NCBI RefSeq assembly: GCF_046119375.1 | Contig: NW_027366100.1 | Span: 1-64,000, forward strand | Direction: 5' to 3' | DNA from: Phyllobates terribilis | Lineage: Eukaryota | Length of the DNA stretch: 64,000 nt | Shown here: positions 50,317-64,000 of the stretch, piece after piece | How the letters are laid out: each line of letters opens with the position of its first letter | How positions within the stretch are numbered: position 1 is the stretch's first letter | The notes under the pieces: generated by a model | Database searches by the model: none | Told to the model about the DNA's origin: nothing | Seen by the model: the letters and a program-made list of their open reading frames with translations, nothing else | Program-made: the position numbers and the translations under genes

Positions 50317-53300
50317 TGATAAGGCCCGAAATAGTTTTATTTTAATAGATATTAAGATTAAGATGATCTTGTAGCCCAGATAAAAGATATTGTAAGGATA
50401 TAGTATCCTAACAATATCAATTAAATCAATAATATGTCTCTAATTATATTATTTCCCTAATACTCACGTTCAAGTTGTAGCATTAGATACTGGAATTGCT
50501 GCTTTCCTCGTGTCTTGGTGAAAAGATCAAATGGTTGCTCAGAACTCACAATGTGAGAAGTAGAACCGTCCCGCCTCTATGATGTCATGAATGAAGTGCA
50601 AATCAATCTCTATATGCTTCGTACACTCACGAACGATTGGCTTCGCTGCAATATAAATGGGGTTTAAACTTGGCAGGTCACTAAACTATCCCACAGTTTC
50701 ATTTCGATCACCAAACTAAAAAACGATACGAAGTGATCACTGAACTATCAACATTCAACTTCCGACGATATTTTTTTTATTTCCGACTCAGAATTGCCCA
50801 TGTGGCTCCCGGGAAGATGACTCACACCCACAAATCACTTGCCACGTCATTAAATCACTTGTTTTTAATTTTTAAAAAATGTTTATTTTTTTTAACCTTG
50901 CCAGGTCATCCTCTTCTCTGACACCGCTCGTCGAGGGCCTTACACTGCTCGTCGAGGGCCTTACACTGCTCGTCGAGGTCCTCTCACTGCTCGTCGAGGT
51001 CCTCTCACTGCTCGTAGGACTATTTACACCGCTCGTCGAGGCCTTACACTGCTCGTCGAGGGCCTTACACTGCTCGTCGAGGGCCTTAAACAACAAGAAG
51101 AGGGTGGGTGCGAAGAGGGTAGTGTCGCAGGAGAAGTGTAAGGCCCTCGACGAGCAGTGTAAGGCCCTCGACGAGCAGTGTAAGGCCCTCGACGAGCGGT
51201 GTAGATAGTCCTACGAGCAGTGAGAGGACCTCGACGAGCAGTGAGAGGACCTCGACGAGCAGTGTAAGGCCCTCGACGAGCAGTGTAAGGCCCTCGACGA
51301 GCGGTGTCAGAGAAGAGGGTGACCTGGCAAGGTTAAAAAAAATAAACATTTTTTTAAAACTAAAAACAAGTGATTTAATGACGTGGCAAGTGATTTGTGG
51401 GTGTGAGTCATCTTCCCCGGAGCCACATGGGCAATTCTGAGTCGGAAATAAAAAAAATATCGTCGGAAGTTGAATGTTGATAGTTCAGTGATCACTTCGT
51501 ATCGTTTTTTAGTTTGGTGATCGAAATGAAACTGTGGGATAGTTGAGTGACCTACCAAGTTTAAAACCCCAATATAAATAGTTCCCTGACTGTCACAAAA
51601 CAGTCGCATTGGAGATGCTAAGACCACGCCTAAAGAACGGAGGAGAGACCGGATCCAGAGAATCTCGTTACATGTTGTTGCCATCAAGCGATACTCTGCC
51701 TCTATCGATGAACGAGAGACGGTAATCTGCTTCTTCTTCTTCCAAGAGACCGGAGACGAACCAAGCATGATGAAATAGCCAGTCACATACCGACGAGTAA
51801 TAGGACAGGAAGCCGAATGAACGCGGAAATTGTGAGGGAACTAGTAATGGAAAATAAAAGACCTTGACTCGGTTGAGCCTTAATGTAATTTAATACACAA
51901 ACAGTTGCAACCTAGTGTGCTTCTGTCGGAAGCTGCATGAACTACGCAAGTGTATGAATCTAGTAGCATACCTTCGATCTAGTGATGGTGATATAAATAA
52001 GGCGCCCGATGAGATGTAACAATTTGGCTCAGCGGACGACGGATTGTCAACCGTAGCCAAAGAGTGATTCTACTCCATGGGAAGTGTAGCCGGATTTGTA
52101 CCTAGAAGACCGACCTCTGATAGAATATATAACACATGCTTGCGTTGAAGATAGATTCGCAGCATTACGAGCAATCTCAATGCTGAGAAAGTGCCTTAAT
52201 GAGTATCAATGGATCCTTTCATAGGAAAGTACAAGCTTAAGTAACGCCTTAAAGAGGAGATTGCAGCAGAATCATTACCTCAATGATTAGATCATCGGCG
52301 TACACCAGAACCTGAAGCATATCTGTCGCAAGTTGCATAGTAATGAATAGTCAGTGTAACTTGCTAAAATCAGAACGTGCAAATTGCAGTAGCTAATTTA
52401 GAGAACCAGTTCCGTGGAGCTGCCACAGACCATAAAAGAGACTTCCGAAGGCGGCATACCTGGCTGGGTCCGACACCAAGCAAACCAGGCGGAGCTTTCA
52501 TATACACTTCTTCATCTAGATAGCAGTGAAGAAATGCATTATGGACGTCCATTTGATGGAGTTCATACTCCTTAGTCGTTGCCAATGATAGGAAAAGAAG
52601 CACCATTGTCATCTTGACAATATGAGAGAAAGATCATGTGTAATTTGTCCCTTCTACTTGACGATTGTCAGAACAAAGAGACGAGCTTTGTAACCGTTCG
52701 ACCGACTCGTTTGCTTTACACTTGACTGTGATATAACCATTTTCAACCGATTGGTCGTTTTGCTTGACAATAGAGATGAGAGAGTCCAGGCTGTTGTTAC
52801 GAGCAAGTGCATCGAGTTCGGCTTTCATAGATGCTCGCCAATTATCATATTGAACACCTCGTAATATGATGAAGGCTCGACATGAGACTGAATAGCTGCA
52901 ATGAAAGCCACATGTCTATTCGAAAATTATGTAACTGATACAACTGAGTCAATACTATAATGGTGTACATGCAGTGTGGGACTTGGTCGTGAGTGAGCGT
53001 GATGTAGGAGAGGGTATCAATGACAGTAGATGAGCCACAGTGATAACTAGTAAGCCTAATATTCGGTGTACGAATACGATGTAGGTAGGGAGGCGACGCG
53101 GTCGATTATCCCAAAACAGGAGGCAAGTCAGCAACTGGAGAAGGAAAAGAAACAGGATCAGCGACAGGCACGGGAAGAGCGGGGGTGAGTTACTCCCCGT
53201 GTCTATAGAGATGGCTGAAGAGACCTCGTTGTAACCATAGACAACTGGTAAGGCAGGAGAAGATAGAGACGGTGACTCCGTAAATGGTGTAGCCAAGAAC

Positions 53301-55963
53301 GGGAAACGTTCTTGTAAAATGTAACATCCCGAGACACAAAAAACTACCTTGAATCAAGATCATAAAGGCGCCACCCACATTGATCAGGCAGATATCCCAC
53401 AAAACACAACGTCTATCTCGAGCCACAAACTTATCATCGAGCTTAGGTAAGTTAGATGCATAAGATAAACACCCAGAAACTCGAAATAAGTCATAATCAA
53501 GTGTCTTACCATAGAGCGATTCCGAGGGAGACCTACCATCGAGCAAAGGGGTCAGAATCTGATTGATAATATGAGTTGTTATAAGCATGTATTTCCCACA
53601 AAATACATTGGAAGTGAGGCATGAAAAATCAATGTACGAGCGATATTGAGTAGATGATAATGGCTTACTTTCCACGCGCCCATTCTATCCGAGGTGGTAA
53701 ACAGTATACACAAGAGTGCTCAAAGATAATACCATGTTGATTGAAGAAAGAGACTAGAGGAGCAAGTTTTCGCCCCTTGATCAGCATGACCACGCTGAAT
53801 ACCCATCTTGAACTGAGTGTAGACAAGAGCGTGAAACGCTCGAACCAAATCAGGAACCTGAGCTTTGGAGCAAAACAAACGAACCCAAACGGTGCGAGAG
53901 AAATCATCAACCATTATAAAAAAAAAGAAGAAGCACCACATGACAATGGACATTGTAGGGACCAGAAATTAAGATGTAATAACTCAAATAACTTGGTAGC
54001 TTTATTAGGACTAAGTGAAAAGGTAGCTTTATTAGGACTAAGTGAAAAAGAACAACAAGTTTTCTTTATGTTATTACATGCATCACAAGGAGAAAGAGTG
54101 TCTAAACTAATTTTGCTAACATTAAGACTAGAAATAGAAGAAACAACTGAAGAAGAAGAGTGTCCCAAATGACAATGCCAGAATAAAGAGGAAGATGATA
54201 TGGATTGCACATACGCGGCCCGAGCCATCGAGCCAAGATGACACAACGAATAAAACCCTCCACATTCTTCACTCACACCAATCATCATCCTCGTGGTGTA
54301 GTCTTATAGAACACAAAATGTCAGTGATAAATAACAAGACACATTAGATTCCGAGTAAGTTTTGCCAGAGAGATCGAATGACAATGCAATTCGGATATAT
54401 ATAAAACATGAGGCAAAGACATGGAGCCGAAGGTCATACGTCCAACCACTACAACAGAAGTTACCGCACCATTCGAAGAAAAACAAATGCCGTTTTAATA
54501 GGCTTTAGATCCGTCAAACGTGATCGGTCACTTGTCATATGATAAGAAGATCTGATATCAAGAAGCCAATGAACCAGGTTTCATACCATTTCCATTGTCA
54601 GAAGCAACGAAAGAGGATGCGAGGTTGTGGTACATGCCCATGACTAAGGACCTCTGCTCATTGGTCAAATTTGACCCAAACATCTCATGATCTTTATATG
54701 ACAGGACCACTGCAGCACGGATTGCTATATCGAACTAAATTAGCTTGACCCGTCCCACGATCACAGTCAAAGGGCACAGATCTTGAAGGAGCAGAGTAAG
54801 ACGCACGAGCTGCAACCTCAATCTCCCTCTTTTCTTTCATCCACTCGGGAACATCGCGTATTTCAAAACACAACACTTTATCATGTCTAGACCGTCCACA
54901 ATGATTGCACAAAAGGGACTTACGTTCAACTTTGCACAGGGAGGCCATAGAATTCGGACGATGTGCAGCCATAGCGAATGTGTCAACAATGTCGTCACGA
55001 GAGGTGATTATGACACATGATGTTCTTCTTGAACGACAGGGAGTACACTTTGTTGATATCAGTTACTAGCTCTTGAGCTAAAATATTGGACCGAAGGGTG
55101 CCAAAACCGTATCATCAAGTCTGAGCAAGAATTGATGAGTCATATCCTCGTCTCTATAGGCCGAATTTTAGATGTGAGAGAGCAAGAACATTTACCGCAA
55201 TCAGAAGCGTGCGGAGGAGAGTATGTATTGGGATCATCCCTTAGAATCCGGAACGCACCGAATTATTCTGAGATGGACTGCCCGACTTGCCGGAATCGAG
55301 CAATGTTGTCCTGTAATTGGAGTTTCCAAGAGTCGTTCCCCACGGAAAAACGAGTACGCAACGCCTCCCATAAAAGAGCAAAACACTCAGAATAAGGAAT
55401 GGACAAACAAAGGGTCGGATATATATCGACTGGCGAATCCACCCAATAAGCATGGAATTCACCATGTACCAATCATCAAGGTCGTCGACACCGACGTCTG
55501 GTTTCTGCAATGTGTCATCGACGAATATAAGCTTACGTTTGGCCTTAAGAGTGTTTCACGTATCTCTTGACCGTACCTGATAATTAGGTCCCTTCAAAAC
55601 AACCGGAAGATTGAAAGGTCCGGGTGTTCGGAGGGATATAAATAGTAGGGTAAATAGAAGTCATGCTTAAGATGTTTTGTTGGTGTGGCGTTGGGTTGGC
55701 GGGACGGGTGTTCTCTTCGTCGGTGATGGTCATGGCGGAAGGTGGTGGTCAGGTTGGTGATGGTCATGGCGGAAGGTGGTGGACAGGCCGAGTAGGTTTA
55801 GGTTAGAAAAATTGCGGATCAGTTTAAAGGTTTGATACCATGATAGTTGATATTATAGTTTATACATACACACGATTGAGATTATCTTATAGCCCAAGAT
55901 AGAAGATTTGTAAATGTACAATGTCCTAATAATATCAACTAAATCAATAATATATATCTAACA
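50317..55963 (-). mobile_element. Highly decayed Ale/Retrofit-like Copia with short (about 125 bp) LTRs; left boundary approximate
   Basis: PBS TTTGATACCA at 55831-55840. Gag LWEALRTRFSVGN, knuckle CNHCGRSRHDK, FWHCHLGH, VDDFSRTVW, ELHQMDVHNAFLH, EAEYRLMA and TKHIEIDLHF. TSD not resolved. Confidence 0.8.
50659..51570. mobile_element. Foldback MULE/MITE, copy 2, inserted in the Ale RNase H
   Basis: Perfect 9-bp TSD AATATAAAT. About 430-bp inverted arms. Removing it restores GTIYIAAKP. Confidence 0.95.
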
Positions 55964-58121
55964 ATTTTTAATTTTATCTTCCTAATAGATACTCACTTTT
56001 CTACCCGAATAAAAGATTTGCCTTATAATACGTGGAAAAATTTTATACAAGGATCTTTGTACATGTTAGGAATCAGGCTCCTTCAATGGTATGCAGATTA
56101 TTGACTTGTTAGCCTATGCACACATAATTTGCAACATAACATATATTATAACAAATAAACACATAATATAGCATATTAACGTACTCAGAATAACACAGTA
56201 ACAAAAAACAAAAAGATTTGGATAAAAATGGTCGGCTACGAAAACAATAATTTTGTGAACCAACAAAAAAACAAAAAACGCACGATAATAATTTTGTAAA
56301 GAAATTATTTTTTTGGAACATCATTCCATATGCACGATTTAATACTCTTAAGTTTAAGATTTGAGTAGCAGCAACGTTCGACTATAAAACTTTTAATGTC
56401 AATATATTGGTCAAACAAATGATGCCAATAAGGTTACTAAATGAGAAAATCACCAAACATAATTTGAATATTTACTTTTAATAGAAAGTCTTCGAACTTT
56501 CTAATTTTTTTATGAATTTACACTATTCAACTAAACAAGATATAACATGATATATGGTAGATGAAATTTCTCTCAAAAAGGCAGCATTACATGGAATTTT
56601 TCCATGAGATCTGAAATTGGAATGCAAATTTTAGGAGATATTAGATGAAACTTCCAACATTAGATGGAGTATTCAAAAGACAAAATCAAGTGAAACTTTC
56701 AAACAATAAACATTAGTGAAATAAAAGACGAAAAAAATATGAAGTTCATATGCAAATGTGATTTCCACATGATATTAGATGAAATAATTTATCATTTTCT
56801 CTTTCATTCCTTTCTCAAATTTTTAATTATAAATCGTTAAATGTTCTATAGTATAAAATCTGGCATGATTTTAAAAAGTGCACCTGTGATATAAGATGGA
56901 GGGAGTATATTTGAAAAAATAACAGGCCAGCATTAGCTAGCAATTAGCATATAATTTGGCTGGATCATGACACAACACGTCTTATAGAAGAAATTAACGA
57001 GTTTATAATTTGATTTGTTATCCAAGTATATGATTGATATAGGATACTCAACCACGTGCAACCTTCCCTGGATAAGCAGAAGATGAAGTTTGGCACACAA
57101 CAATGTCAATACGTATGAGAGCATGTGGGCGCAGTGGATAGGTAAAAACCTCACATGCGTTGTCGGTGTCTTTTTTAGTCTTCCCAGGATTTGACTTGTT
57201 TACCACTCCCTCTTTGTCAGTCAATAATGCCCTACAATAATTTGAATATCCTCCCGTCAGAAACCAATCCAAATTGATCTGACCTAACCGTATTAAAATC
57301 TGATTAATTCGATTAAATTGTTACAATTCGAATTGTCAAATTTGAACCTGAACTCAAAATATAAGACTTAATCAAAGCCATTTAGATCCGTTCGGTATCA
57401 TGATTTATATGTGTCTTATTTCGGAATATAAGTCATAGGGTCTTGAATTGTCATAAAAATCCGTGTCTTATGTGGAGTGTCTTATGTGGACTTAAATGGT
57501 CTTATTCAAGTCTTAAATAAGTCCAAATAAGTCCAGAAAAATAAGCTTCATATTATAGCTTATATGACTTATAAGTTTTTTCACTCGTCTGTCTTAAATT
57601 ACAATTTGGAGTATTTACACCTGATGTCATTAAAATCATTTTTTTATTAAATATCATTCGTTCTTTTCATTCTTACTACATTGTTTCTATATTGTTAGGT
57701 TATTTAAGGGGTATTTTTGGATTATTATTATTTTTTAAGATAATTTAAGACACTGGATGCAGAACAAATATTATAATATAAGTCACTAATTTCTGTTTCA
57801 GACCCAAATTATTCCAGACCCCATCTTATTTTGGATAATAAGTTTCAGATATATAAAATCATTTTTCAAACACAGGCCTATTAAGACACAGACATGTCGA
57901 GTGGACCCTTAATAAAAAAGTACGCAAAAAATATATAAAGAGTTAGGGTAAATAAGTTCAAGTATAAAAAATAAATATTGTTATTTGATGTAGTAGACCA
58001 ATTTAATTATTTAAGTATTAAGTTTTATTGTCAAAGACGTGATAGTTCGGTGGTAGGAGGGAGAGTCACTTCGCCGTCTTGTTCATGTTTGAATCTAGCA
58101 GACTGCATATTGTAGAAAAGG

Positions 58122-58871
58122 TATTGGATCGATTGAGCTTCTCCACGAGTAAAGACTTGTAAGCTTAGAACTCGTATCAAATGCGGAAGAGAGAAGCTAG
58201 ATTGATGAACGATTCAAGAACACTTTCTTTGTAACTCACTCTCTTGTGTATTGAAAACTCTCTTTTTCGTGTTTACAAAATATCACGTTCTCTCTCTTTT
58301 GTCACTCACAACGAAAAGCAATACACACACAGACTATGAATTACAACTCTTGATCAACTCCTATACAAGCTTCAGACTAAGCTATATATAGAAAACAAAA
58401 GAAGCTAGCTAATACTTAATGAAAAATTACAACGTGCTAAATTCCCATTGGCTCGCAAGAAGGGATTCCGTTGGCCGTTCAGCGCCTCTTCGCTTGGCCC
58501 AATCACTTCTCGACACGTCATTAGCTTGCTAACTGATTTTGCCGCGCGCGCTTCAACCACCTGTTGCAACTTGCACTTCCAAGAACTCATTTAACACGTG
58601 CAAATATTTGTTGCTTGGTTTCTACGCGCTTACTCGATTTCTAAGCGTTCTGGATCGCCTCTTGAGTCTCTTTCCAGACTGACTCTATTAAGCTCATTAT
58701 CTTCAGCGTGCTTAGTCTCGCTGAATTGATTTATCACTAAAAGCTTTAAGCGACCTTCAAATCACTTCAAGCTACCTTGAACTCTGTACACACTTGAGTT
58801 CCAATTAAATGTCTAAGTTTGTTAGCATCATAACTAAGAAAACTAGTCAAGCTACCTCAGCTTAACTAACA
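58122..58871 (-). mobile_element. Solo LTR, SIRE-like; left boundary uncertain
   Basis: Ends CTTAACTAACA (TGTTAGTT on minus, as at 5523), with a TTCCGC motif near the other end. TSD unresolved. Confidence 0.55.
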
Positions 58872-58936
58872 GTTCTAGGTGTTGGTCTGATTCAAAACTT
58901 ATTAATTTTTGTTGACAATTAACCATTATTATTATG

Positions 58937-59091
58937 CCAACTCTCCTGTAGCTTAGTGGTTGAGATCTCACCTCCTATATTGAAAGGTCGGAGGTTTGAT
59001 ATCTGGAAAATGACAACTCTCACCCATTTATTTAATGGATGTATGGGGGCTACCATGTTATTGGGACCCCGGTCTAGCTTGTAAAAAAAAA
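58937..59091 (+). mobile_element. tRNA-derived SINE
   Basis: A-box TAGCTTAGTGG, degenerate B-box GGTTTGATATC and an A tail. Flanking direct repeat AACCATTATTA(TTA)TG. Confidence 0.8.
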
Positions 59092-59814
59092 CCATTATTA
59101 TGAAAAAATATTATTTTATTTTTACTATTCTTTAATATTATAAATCTAATATAATATCAAAAATTAATAATTTAAACTTGTAGGTCAATCTAAACCCTCC
59201 GATAACTTGTAATGACCCGATTTGATTTTGACTTATTATTAAATTTGCCTTACTATTATATATTTTATCGGATACAAAAATAGTTGTTGTTTTAATACAT
59301 TTTTATTAAATACAAATAGTTATTATTTTATCAAACTTTTACTTATTTTACCATATTTATCTCTATATATATTAACTGTTTTATTTTTCTATACATTATT
59401 TTTTCCAATTTTTATGACAATTTATATAAGAAAAAAGAAGAAATTTCATGTAAATTTTTTATCTAAATTGAATCTCTATATATATTAATAACTGTTTGTA
59501 TCCGACCATGGTATAATCTGAACTAATTGAATCTCAATATCAATCCGATTTGCTAAACCTGTTTGGGAGGAAGTATAATAATGATATCATAATTTGAAAG
59601 GCAGGCTTGCCTCCCGCACCAATCCGCCGAAATTTCAGGCACTAATTGCTAATTAAATAATGCATGTGAAACTATGCTTAAATTAATTAACTTCCGGTTC
59701 CAGAAAAGAAAATTCAAAAAACAGACGATACACACACACACAGTATGTGTGGAGTATAAATATAACAGCTTTACAGACTTGGGTAAGGGAGGTAGCTAAC
59801 TAGGTCATTTGACA

Positions 59815-62271
59815 ATGTACAAGATGACGTTGTTCTTCGTTGTAATGGTGTTAGCTTCCTGGAGCTCCGTCCATGGAGCCAACCCTAAGAAGGCTCAGAA
59901 TGTTCCGTTCGGAAGAAACTATGTTCCGACTTGGGCTTTCGACCATATCAAGTACTTCAATGGCGAAACCGAGGCCCAACTTTACCTTGACAACTCCACA
60001 GGTACTGTCTAATTGGCTTAATTAAACATGTCTACTTGTATTAATTACGATGTTAATGTTTTCTAGGTACTGGATTCCAGACCAAAGGGTCGTACTTGTT
60101 TGGACACTTCAATATGGATATCAAGCTTCCCGCCGGCGACTCCGCCGGAACTGTTACTGCTTTTTATGTGAGTAGTGTAGATAGTTTTAGGTCAGATTAA
60201 ACTTAAACAAGCTAGTGTGTTAATCGATTAATAATGTTACTGTTGGTTTTGTTTACAGTTATCTTCTCAGAACTCCGAGCACGACGAGATAGATTTTGAG
60301 TTTTTGGGGAACAGAACAGGGCAGCCGTTCATCTTACAAACAAATGTGTTCACCGGAGGGAAAGGAGACAGGGAACAGAGGATTTATTTGTGGTTTGATC
60401 CTACCAAAGATTACCACTCCTACTCTGTTCTCTGGAACATGTACCAAATTGTGTAAGTACTACTACGAAATTAATTAATGTAGTAAGAAAGTAATTACTG
60501 TGTTTTTTATTTGCGCCTATTGCCTAGCTCGTCTTACTAGCTCCACTCCTAATTGACGACATTTATGTGGAAAAATGTGTTCTGAAAAAAGGTAGATGAG
60601 TGCGTAGAATATAATTCAACAAAGAGGAGTCCCTAAATAAAAATTCCATTTCAATTTTACACATTCGTCGAAACTATTTTATTTTATTAATATATCTAAT
60701 AATATAACTCTAGAAATTCTAAAATTTTAATATTATTAAAGTGCTTATTGAGACGAATAAAACTAGATCACTTATGACTATATTATTTCTTATATATTGA
60801 GATTAATCGAGGCAAAAATCATAAGCTACGAATAGTGTTGCGTTTTGAAATGAGATCTTTATAAAGGAACGGAGGGAGTAGTTTATTTCGTTTGGGGTTA
60901 CTTAGGGTTTCAAAATGCCTAATAGAAGAAATCTGAAGATTAATACAAGTACTAATTAGAGTAACATGGGATGATGCTTAAAACCAAAGAATGGCAACCG
61001 TAGGGAGTAATACTATCTGAAATTATTCAGATAATGTACCCCTTTCCCTTGAAAAAAATCCCGTAAAAGTCATATTTTTATTAATTTGTTTTAAAATTAG
61101 GCTTCTAATTTAATGTAATAATTTGATGTAACAACACTTAATTTAATGAAAGGATTTAATGTAACAAAACTTAATTTATTGTAGCGGTAACGATTAACTT
61201 TTCTCTTGTAACGATTTAATGTAACAAACTCAATTTAATGTAACGATTAACTTCTTTCTTGTAACAATTTAATGTAACAAAACTAAATTTAATATAAAGG
61301 ATCTAGTTTTGGAATAAATTAGTGAAAATATCTATTTTTGTCTTTTACCCCCTTGCCTTAGATCTGAAATTATCGAAAAATCTAGTATAATAGTATAAAA
61401 ACTCTCCAATCAAGTTTTAGAATGTTCAAAGAACTCTTGAACTCAATACTCCTCTCCAACAAAACTCTTACTATTTTTTATTTTTAGACATTTTATTACA
61501 GGGGAATTAAATTTGACTGGAATTAAACCTTAAAATATAAAAAAATTGCAGCCGAAAATCGTCATCCAAATAATAAATATAGAAAAACGAATTTATAAAA
61601 CTAATAAAAATATAAAGAAAATTTGAATTTTTAATAAAATTGTTACAGCATCACTTCTTCGTTACTTTTTTTTATAATAAATTTACAATTCTATACTATA
61701 CGTTCGTAATTTAATATTTTATATTCATGATTTGAATAACGAGAATTAGTTATTAAAATTTTATATTATAAGGTTTGAAGTTCAACAAAAACTTCCTGGG
61801 AAAAGTTTTAATGACCATACTATCGTTCTTTTCCTGTGTTATTGATACGATGGTTGAATAAATTGTAGGTTCTTGGTGGACAACGTACCAATAAGAGTAT
61901 TCAAAAACTGCAAGGAATTAGGAGTAAAATTCCCATTCAACCAACCAATGAAGGTATACTCAAGCTTCTGGAACGCCGATGACTGGGCCACTCGTGGTGG
62001 GCTGGAGAAAACGGATTGGAGCAAGGCCCCATTCGTAGCATCCTACCGAAGCTTCCATGTGGACGGCTGCGAGTCGTCCGTTGAGGCCAAGGTCTGCGAG
62101 AGCCAGGGGAAGAGGTGGTGGGATCAGCCTGCGTTTCAAGACCTTGACAACAGACAGTATAGGCTGCTGAAATGGGTTCGTAAGAGGTGGACTATATACA
62201 ACTACTGTACTGATAGGACTAGGTATCCTCGAATGCCGAGAGAGTGCAGAAAGGACCATGATAACCAGTGA
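59815..62271 (+). CDS. XTH: Xyloglucan endotransglucosylase/hydrolase (GH16, XTH4/5-like); exons 59815-60001, 60067-60167, 60259-60452, 61869-62271
   Basis: Hydrophobic signal peptide, catalytic [21 protein letters not shown] and YNYCTD. Canonical four-exon XTH structure and TATA at about 59756. Confidence 0.97.
60625..60880. mobile_element. Stowaway MITE in XTH intron 3 (left end degenerate)
   Basis: Ends GGAACGGAGGGAGTA. The body resembles the Stowaway at 30090-30789. Confidence 0.6.
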
Positions 62272-62881
62272 TCATCATCATCCCGCTCTTTTTTTGAATT
62301 ACTATTCATCTGCTACCTGCAGCTTTGCATTTGTCTGCCACTGATTTTAATTTATGTGTGATGTACAAATAATTACTCGTTGAAGGAACCGGGCAGTTTC
62401 ACAAAATCATGTGTCTTTGTATTTTGTTCAGAATTCATATCCATCATCCAATTTACCACTTACAAGTATAAAAAGAAAAAGGACCTCTTCCGTTCGGCGA
62501 CATTAGATAAAAGTATTAGATTGATGAATAAAAAGTAAATGAAAAGTAGATGAATTGAATGATAAATGAAATTTTAGGTAGATGAAATAAAGTAGATGAA
62601 ATTAATAAGGTAAAAAAGGTGTTTGGTAAATGGGGAAGATGAATTATATGTGGGAGGATATATAATTACCAATAGGGGCTTAATAAACATGTGCGAATCA
62701 AGTGAGGGGTTAAAACCTAACATTTTGCCGCCTCTGCTTCAGTGTTGCTCTGGCCGCCTCCGCTCTGCTCTGCTTGCCTCTGCTCTATGTGATTCTTTCC
62801 TGACGGAAGCAGCGCCGGCGACAGTGACCGTCGATCGATCGAGGTAATCATTCTACATCCTAAAACACTACTATCGTTTTA

Positions 62882-64000
62882 CACTACTAGAAAACTCTTG
62901 ATTGGCGGCGGATTATTCCGTCGCCAATCAACAGAGTACCGTCGCCAAAAGAGGTTAGCGACGGAAAACCGTTGCTAGCACCCCGTCGTTCGAAAAATGG
63001 TAGCTAAAGACGTTAGCGACGGGAAAAAAGAACCGTCGCTAACTAGCGACGGTTTTTGTGACGGAATTTCGTATCCAATTTTGGCGTCCGGAGACCGATT
63101 GTTTCGACGGCATTTGCGACCAAATTTCGTCGCTAATATGGACCCCCGGGAGACTGAATTTGGCGACGGTGTTGGCGACAAACTGTTATCACTAAAATGG
63201 ACCCTCATGGAGACGAATGGGACGACGGTTTTTGCGACGACATTCCGTCACTAATATATACCCTCTGGACACCCATATTTGCGACCGGTGTTGCAACGAA
63301 TTTCCGTCGCTAATTATGCGTCCATAAGCCCCCAAACTGAGACGGATTTCCGTCGCAAACCCCGTCCCAATTTCACGTCCATATCTTTATCACGTCCTCG
63401 ATTATCGTTATAAAATACGGCTTCACATGTTCGTTAACGTTAATATTGCGACGTTTTTTGCATTTTTATTGAATTGAAAATTATTATAAAATGAAACGTA
63501 AACAAAGATACAAATCATAAATTAAATCGAAATTGTTATTACAAAATCAAACGTAACAAACATAATTCGTACAAAACAAAAACAAAGATACATATCATAA
63601 AAAAACTAAGACTCGGGGGCAGAAGGGTCGGCATCATCCTGACCACCTCATCTCGGAGGAAATCGGACATTCGTACCGGGATATCATCATGAAGTCGTGA
63701 CTGCATTCACGCATACACTTGCGCTTCCATCCGCTCTTCCAATTGTTGCACCCGCGCTTGCAAGCACTCTTGCATCTGTGCATCCCACCGCACTTGCATT
63801 TCTTGCATCTGGTGCTGAACATCATCTTGGCTCATCCGAGAGGACGAACTGAATGAGATGGTCTGGCTCGACGCGTCCGGCCGCGTTGTGTGTCGATGTA
63901 TGCACCGGCCGCTGAACCGAGTCCGTACACCCGGTTCTTCTTGTTGGCGCCCTCGATCTCCATATAGATTTGCGTCGCGTCCACCTCATCCATACTCGCA
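62882..64000 (-). mobile_element. CACTA (En/Spm) element end, running out of the window, with a TnpA/Ptta-like C-terminus
   Basis: TIR CACTACTAGAAAA and many CCGTCGC subterminal repeats in both orientations. Minus-strand KKNRVYGLGS at about 63915-63945, followed by a frameshifted coiled-coil. Confidence 0.9.

Noticed and set aside
46253-51349. Ser/Thr-rich ORFs (RPSTSSE repeats) as mucin-like proteins
   Set aside because: They are a by-product of a 21-bp unit inside a TIR element and differ between the two copies.
57048-57272. 74-aa ORF as a gene remnant
   Set aside because: No motif recognised and no splice context.
63634-63825. Cys-rich 63-aa ORF resembling a defensin or metallothionein
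   Set aside because: It is an alternative frame of the CACTA TnpA-like tail and has no signal peptide.

Overview
Plant (eudicot-like) nuclear genomic DNA, dominated by transposable elements. Three genes look intact: a clade-B PP2C (AP2C1-like, minus, 20758-22087), NRPB9/RPB9 (shared Pol II/IV/V subunit 9, plus, 39691-40477) and an XTH (plus, 59815-62271). A TENA_E gene is present only as its last exon (minus, 40675-40990). Retroelements: a SIRE/Sirevirus-like Copia lacking integrase with a solo LTR inside it, a Tork-like Copia lacking most of gag and protease, a Tat/Retand Gypsy with a duplicated 3' end (three LTRs), a decayed Ale-like Copia, and Tat and TAR-like fragments. DNA elements: hAT, MULE, Tourist, Stowaway, a tRNA-derived SINE and the end of a CACTA. 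The most unusual area is 32-52 kb. It holds a Pack-MULE carrying RidA exons 1-3 followed by the last three EDR1 kinase exons in a compatible splice phase. It also holds a rearranged NRPB9 locus showing both the filled and the empty site of one MULE insertion, and a CTCGACGAG repeat shared by a foldback MULE and Copia-derived sequence. Families were assigned by eye from motifs and divergence was counted by eye; no database search was run.
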